Source of the DNA: an uncultured Chloracidobacterium sp.
Lineage (GTDB): Bacteria > Acidobacteriota > Blastocatellia > Pyrinomonadales > Pyrinomonadaceae
Assembly (NCBI GenBank): GCA_964636445.1
Contig: CAZWSK010000003.1
Span: 1-40,234, forward strand
DNA: 40,234 nucleotides
Direction of reading: 5' to 3'
Part shown: piece after piece, positions 36,640 to 40,234 of the stretch
How the letters are laid out: each line of letters starts with the position of its first letter
How positions within the stretch are numbered: the stretch's first letter is position 1
Made by a program: the position numbers and the translations under genes
The notes under the pieces: generated by a model
What the model was told of the DNA's origin: nothing
Seen by the model: only the letters and a program-made list of their open reading frames with translations
Databases searched by the model: none

Positions 36640-37078
36640 CCTTTTTGGGTTTCATTTCCCAGAGCACGTTTATGATCACCCATTTGCCGTTGACCTTGGC
36701 AACGTGAAGGTAATCGACCCAATCGCGCATCTCTAGCTTGACCGTCGCCGAATTTACCATCATATCGAGGATCGTAACGTCTTTCTTCTGCTCGGCCGCG
36801 GGCGTCTGCTTGCCGGAGCCGCCGCGGGTTGCCTGAACGAGCCGCATCGCGGTCATATTGTCGACCATCGTTTGCCCCCTGTCGTTGGTCCGGGCTATCC
36901 GCTTTGCGAGGTCAGGGCTCAGGGCTGATTCCATCTTGTCGGCGTTGCCCTCGTACCAACCCTCGGCGTAGTTCAATGCCGCACGTTTAACACCTTCGCG
37001 GTCAGCATCGGTTTGTGAATATCCGCTGACGGCGCACGCCGCCAGCAACAAAAGCGAAAGAAGAAATGTATTTCTCAT
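36620..37078 (-). CDS. NTF2-like (putative lumazine-binding / SnoaL-like fold) lipoprotein, first gene of the feo operon
   Basis: Start moved to the ATG at 37078, which is preceded by GGAG. Lipobox LLLLAAC. Motifs ALNYAEGWYEGNADKM and KVNGKWVIINVLW are typical of NTF2-like proteins. Confidence 0.55.
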   Translation of the reverse strand: MRNTFLLSLLLLAACAVSGYSQTDADREGVKRAALNYAEGWYEGNADKMESALSPDLAKRIARTNDRGQTMVDNMTAMRLVQATRGGSGKQTPAAEQKKDVTILDMMVNSATVKLEMRDWVDYLHVAKVNGKWVIINVLWEMKPKKDDKQKP

Positions 37079-37112
37079 CGGGGGAACTCCTTTTGTCAAA
37101 GTAATAGTAGCG

Positions 37113-37135
37113 TAATTGAAAGTCATTTTCAATTA
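37113..37135. promoter_or_regulatory. AT-rich palindromic operator candidate overlapping a sigma70-like promoter of the NTF2-like/feoAB operon
   Basis: TAATTGAAA-gtcat-TTTCAATTA (9-bp perfect arms). On the minus strand TTGAAA-N17-TACTAT precedes the SD and the ATG at 37078. Confidence 0.45.
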
Positions 37136-37211
37136 GCGGCGCTCTTTGCAGGCTGGAGGGAAACAGTCTCCCGAAAAGGCCGCATAGAAAACGCAGTGTT
37201 AATTACGCAAG

Positions 37212-38735
37212 TTACTTAGAAAGGTTCGAGGACCGCGACATCAGGTCGGCCGTGTAGCTGCCCGCGGTGAAACGCAGCGGAACGCGGTCCTCGACCCCTA
37301 GCCAGACGCTGAGGCGGAGTTTGTCCAGCGTATCGTCGCCGGTCGTGAACGAGATCATTTGCGCGGCAACCTTTTCGCCGTTTATCGTGATCTCCTCCGG
37401 AGCTGACGGACGCAGCGTCCAGATCATCGGTTTTTCGCCCCAAAAAACGGCAACACGCGTGTCGTTGACAGGATTTGCAGGGTTCTTGCTCGGCTTTAGA
37501 TTGAACGAGCGCATCGCGTAAAGCATGGACAGCATCGTGTGCGTCCCGACAGGGGCGTCGACGATAGCTTTTCCGCCGGTGCTGATCTCTCCGCCTTGCG
37601 GATCGAATGTCAGTGTCTGATTAAGTGAAGGAAAGGTAGACGCAAACCTCGCGGCCGAGTGCCTCGGGGCAAGCGTGTCCGGGTCGACGAATGTTTCCAT
37701 CATATCGCCCACACGCAATGAGTTCGGCCCGACACCACCGGCGGTCACAAGAGCTTTCAAAACGAGTGTGTCCTGATTGTTGATCTGCTTTCGCTCTTTT
37801 GCATTGAGCGTAACGGTCCCGGCCGGTATTCCGCCCGCGGTCACGCGATATTCGAGCATCTCTCCGACCTGGAACGACAACTCGGGCAATAGAGGCTGGT
37901 TATCCACATAAATAGCGGGTGTTGGCGACGGTTTGACTACCGGCGTCGGAGCGGGCGTCGGCGTTGGGACAGGCTTTACGACAACAGGTTCGGGCAAGGT
38001 GATCGACGCCAGCAGGGCTCGAAAAGCACCCTTGGGCGTTTTGAAACGCAGGAACACGGGATACCGGTTCTCATCCGCCGTAAAACCGATCTGCATATCC
38101 TTGACGGTGATCGTGCCGAAAAGATCACTCTGTACGTCAGAGACGTTCGTCTCGAGCTCGCCCACGTCTGTCTGGACGCGCTCGGTACCGGCGGGCGTTA
38201 GCGTGACGGTGTGAAGCCGTTCGTTCTCGGTCACATTAAAGCTGCCGACTCCGCCCGACTCGCGAAGTCGATAGAAAAGTGTCAGCAGGTCAAAGCTCGT
38301 GGTCGGGACCTTTAGATAGTCGTATGCCGTTTCCTTTGGCAGCGGGCCCGTGTTTGAGACCTTGGCGATGTAAATCGGCACGCCGGTGCCGGGCAAGACG
38401 TATGAGGTCCGTGTCTCGTCGATCATGAAAAACGCAGCACTCACGACCTCAAAGGTCTTTACACGCGACCGAAGCTCGACGACATCGACGCCGCGCAATT
38501 TTCCCTGCGACTGGACCGCGATCTCGGCGTGGCCGGCGTTGAGGAACCGGCCAAAAGAGATGTTGTAGGCGAGCTTTTCACCGACGCGAAATTTTGACGC
38601 CGGAGGTGCGGCCGCCGTATCTATGCCGCCGGCGTCCTGGCCGGGAACAAACGACGCTAAAACGATAATTGCGGCCGCAGCCGCGAGTATTCGCGGTCCT
38701 AGAAACGATGGAAGTGCGTCTTTAATGGTCATCAA
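37212..38735 (-). CDS. Secreted protein with two DUF3108-like repeats joined by a Pro/Thr linker
   Basis: Signal/TM ILAAAAAIIVLASF. Repeated pattern F.VGE.L.Y.(V/I)...G (KFRVGEKLAYNISFG and SFQVGEMLEYRVTAG). Linker PVPTPTPAPTPVVKPSPTP. 4-nt overlap with the pyrF stop. Confidence 0.55.
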   Translation of the reverse strand: MMTIKDALPSFLGPRILAAAAAIIVLASFVPGQDAGGIDTAAAPPASKFRVGEKLAYNISFGRFLNAGHAEIAVQSQGKLRGVDVVELRSRVKTFEVVSAAFFMIDETRTSYVLPGTGVPIYIAKVSNTGPLPKETAYDYLKVPTTSFDLLTLFYRLRESGGVGSFNVTENERLHTVTLTPAGTERVQTDVGELETNVSDVQSDLFGTITVKDMQIGFTADENRYPVFLRFKTPKGAFRALLASITLPEPVVVKPVPTPTPAPTPVVKPSPTPAIYVDNQPLLPELSFQVGEMLEYRVTAGGIPAGTVTLNAKERKQINNQDTLVLKALVTAGGVGPNSLRVGDMMETFVDPDTLAPRHSAARFASTFPSLNQTLTFDPQGGEISTGGKAIVDAPVGTHTMLSMLYAMRSFNLKPSKNPANPVNDTRVAVFWGEKPMIWTLRPSAPEEITINGEKVAAQMISFTTGDDTLDKLRLSVWLGVEDRVPLRFTAGSYTADLMSRSSNLSK

Positions 38736-39487
38736 TTCTGTCCCGCGGCCTCGCTCAGGATCTCGTCTAAAGCGGCGTTCATATTGTCAGCGCGTGTGAT
38801 GGGGCGGCCGATCACGAGGTAGTCGGCCCCGCTATCCAACGCCGCCCGGACGGTTGTTACACGCCGTTGGTCGTCGGTTGTTGCAAAAGCGGGGCGGATC
38901 CCGGGCGTCACAAGAGTGAAGTCTTCGCTCGGTATGGCCGCCTTAATGACCTTCGCTTCCAGGGCTGAAGCGACAACGCCGTCGAGCCCGCTTTCGAATG
39001 CTAATTTCGCCAGCCGTACGACCTGCGTTTCTGCGTCCGCGTCGACGCCGGTCTCTTTCAGCGCTTCGTCGCCCGAACTCGTCAGAACGGTCACCGCGAT
39101 GACCAACGGCCTTGCGGCACCTGACCTCGAGCAGAATTCATCGACGCGGCGTACCGTCTCGCGCATCATCTCGCTGCCGCCGGCCGCGTGCACATTGAAC
39201 ATCCAAACGCCGAGCTTCGCGGCTTCGACCGACGCGCTCGCGACAGTGTTTGGGATGTCGTGGAACTTAAGATCCAAAAACACGCGATGCCCCGCGGCGG
39301 TCAACTCGCGCACAAAGTCCGGCCCGGCGGCGGCGAATAATTGCAGCCCGACCTTATACGCTCCGACTCGCATGCCCAACTCAGCGACGATCCGGCGTGC
39401 CTCGTCAGCCGAATCGACGTCGAGAGCGACAATTATGCGGTCTTTTGTGCCTATTGCGGTCAAAGCGGAGCTGGCCGGCATGGTCAT
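38732..39487 (-). CDS. pyrF: Orotidine 5'-phosphate decarboxylase
   Basis: IVALDV, YKVGLQLF and FLDLKFHDIPNTV catalytic motifs. C-terminal DYLVIGRPIT. Confidence 0.92.
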   Translation of the reverse strand: MTMPASSALTAIGTKDRIIVALDVDSADEARRIVAELGMRVGAYKVGLQLFAAAGPDFVRELTAAGHRVFLDLKFHDIPNTVASASVEAAKLGVWMFNVHAAGGSEMMRETVRRVDEFCSRSGAARPLVIAVTVLTSSGDEALKETGVDADAETQVVRLAKLAFESGLDGVVASALEAKVIKAAIPSEDFTLVTPGIRPAFATTDDQRRVTTVRAALDSGADYLVIGRPITRADNMNAALDEILSEAAGQN

Positions 39488-39772
39488 CTAGTCGAGGTCG
39501 AGCGGATTTCTATATGGAGTAGTGTCGCCCTCGGCGCGTTTCAGGGCTTCTTTGAACTTTTCCTCAAGCAGCCGTTCGCGGTCCTTCATCGAGGACATTT
39601 CCTGTGCGAATATCTGCTCGCGAAGCTCCTTCTGCTTATCGAGGTTGCCTTTCAGGTCCTCAAACGAGCCGAGCACTTTCTTTTTTTCCTCGTGTGCGAG
39701 CAGTGCGCCGGTGCCGGCGTCAACGGTCAACGTCGCCTCACAGCATGGGCAGACTATCGAGTACTTTTCCAT
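39488..39772 (-). CDS. Small hypothetical protein with an N-terminal CPCC knuckle and a charged coiled-coil-like tail
   Basis: 94-aa ORF abutting the pyrF start with a 0-nt gap. Begins MEKYSIVCPCCEATLTVD, followed by a Lys/Glu-rich helix. No family recognised. Confidence 0.45.
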   Translation of the reverse strand: MEKYSIVCPCCEATLTVDAGTGALLAHEEKKKVLGSFEDLKGNLDKQKELREQIFAQEMSSMKDRERLLEEKFKEALKRAEGDTTPYRNPLDLD

Positions 39773-39813
39773 AAAAACTGTGATTATACATCATCGCAGT
39801 CGGGTTGTGCCTG

Positions 39814-40234
39814 TTATTGAGCAGACAAGCCGGCGATCTCGAGCAACTGCGCGGTAGTTGCGGATTGCAGGTTCTCCAGCTGCTTGGTCTTCTTGGTTAT
39901 CGTGCGGCCGTCGCGAAGCTTGAAGTGCAGTTCCTTCTCCGGCAAACCGATCCAAACCGCCTCGATCCGGTCAAACTGCGGGTGGCCGTTGAATACACGC
40001 ACCTCGACAAATCGTCCCTGATCGTCCATCGTTATCGCCGTTTGCGAACCTTCGCCGGACTCGCGGAATTGCGGCGTCGGCTTCGGCCCGGCGGTCGGGT
40101 CCTCGCCCGGCTTTCGGCGCTGAGCGTTTGCCTGAGCGATCGGGCCGCTCGCATTTGTAGCGAGCGAGACGTTGGTCGGTGCCGGCGACATCGTAACGGC
40201 GGCGTTAGTATTCGTGTTCCCCGGAGCGTTCGCG
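39814..40234 (-). CDS. Hypothetical protein, partial (reading frame stays open to the window edge)
   Basis: There is no in-frame stop between the listed ATG (40191) and nt 40234. Pro/Gly-rich N-terminal part, then a small globular C-terminal region. No family recognised. Confidence 0.4.
   Translation of the reverse strand, partial: ANAPGNTNTNAAVTMSPAPTNVSLATNASGPIAQANAQRRKPGEDPTAGPKPTPQFRESGEGSQTAITMDDQGRFVEVRVFNGHPQFDRIEAVWIGLPEKELHFKLRDGRTITKKTKQLENLQSATTAQLLEIAGLSAQ

Overview
GC-rich chromosomal window from a Gram-negative bacterium. I infer Acidobacteriota from the CarboxypepD_reg-type TonB receptor, the TIGR02999-type ECF sigma factor paired with a Ser/Thr kinase, and DUF3108. That call is inference only. 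There are no rRNA or tRNA genes, CRISPR arrays, transposases or integrases. Gene content, left to right: a sugar/galactose block (GH43-like, GH1-like, galK, galT); an orphan GAF-PAS histidine kinase; a TonB-dependent receptor; a glycogen debranching enzyme; an ECF sigma/Ser-Thr kinase pair; a porin; a Crp/Fnr regulator with a RIC (di-iron repair) gene and a YwiC-like gene; a tightly coupled 10-gene minus-strand operon (19694-32343); two tandem M15/VanY-like peptidase paralogs; an NTF2-like lipoprotein-feoA-feoB operon; then a tandem DUF3108 protein, pyrF and two small or partial hypotheticals. The operon is the most interesting element. It fuses a Tat-exported Nitrospira/anammox-like NxrA/NarG-type molybdoenzyme module (A, B, heme-b gamma, TorD-like chaperone) to a Rieske/cytochrome b complex, a heptaheme cytochrome c and a cytoplasmic GltD-like FAD/FeS flavoprotein. 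A hemerythrin-like gene and a 4-TM gene are embedded in it. A conserved quasi-palindrome, TATGAsnCAGGTCAyAT, occurs three times, each at class-II-activator distance from a -10-like hexamer. It appears to link the porin, the ric-ywiC pair and the big operon into one regulon. Other sequence-level oddities are listed in the findings: twin perfect CRP-type palindromes, an apparently split galT N-terminus behind a terminator-like hairpin, a long inverted repeat between feoA and feoB, and five convergent gene junctions with no spacer.
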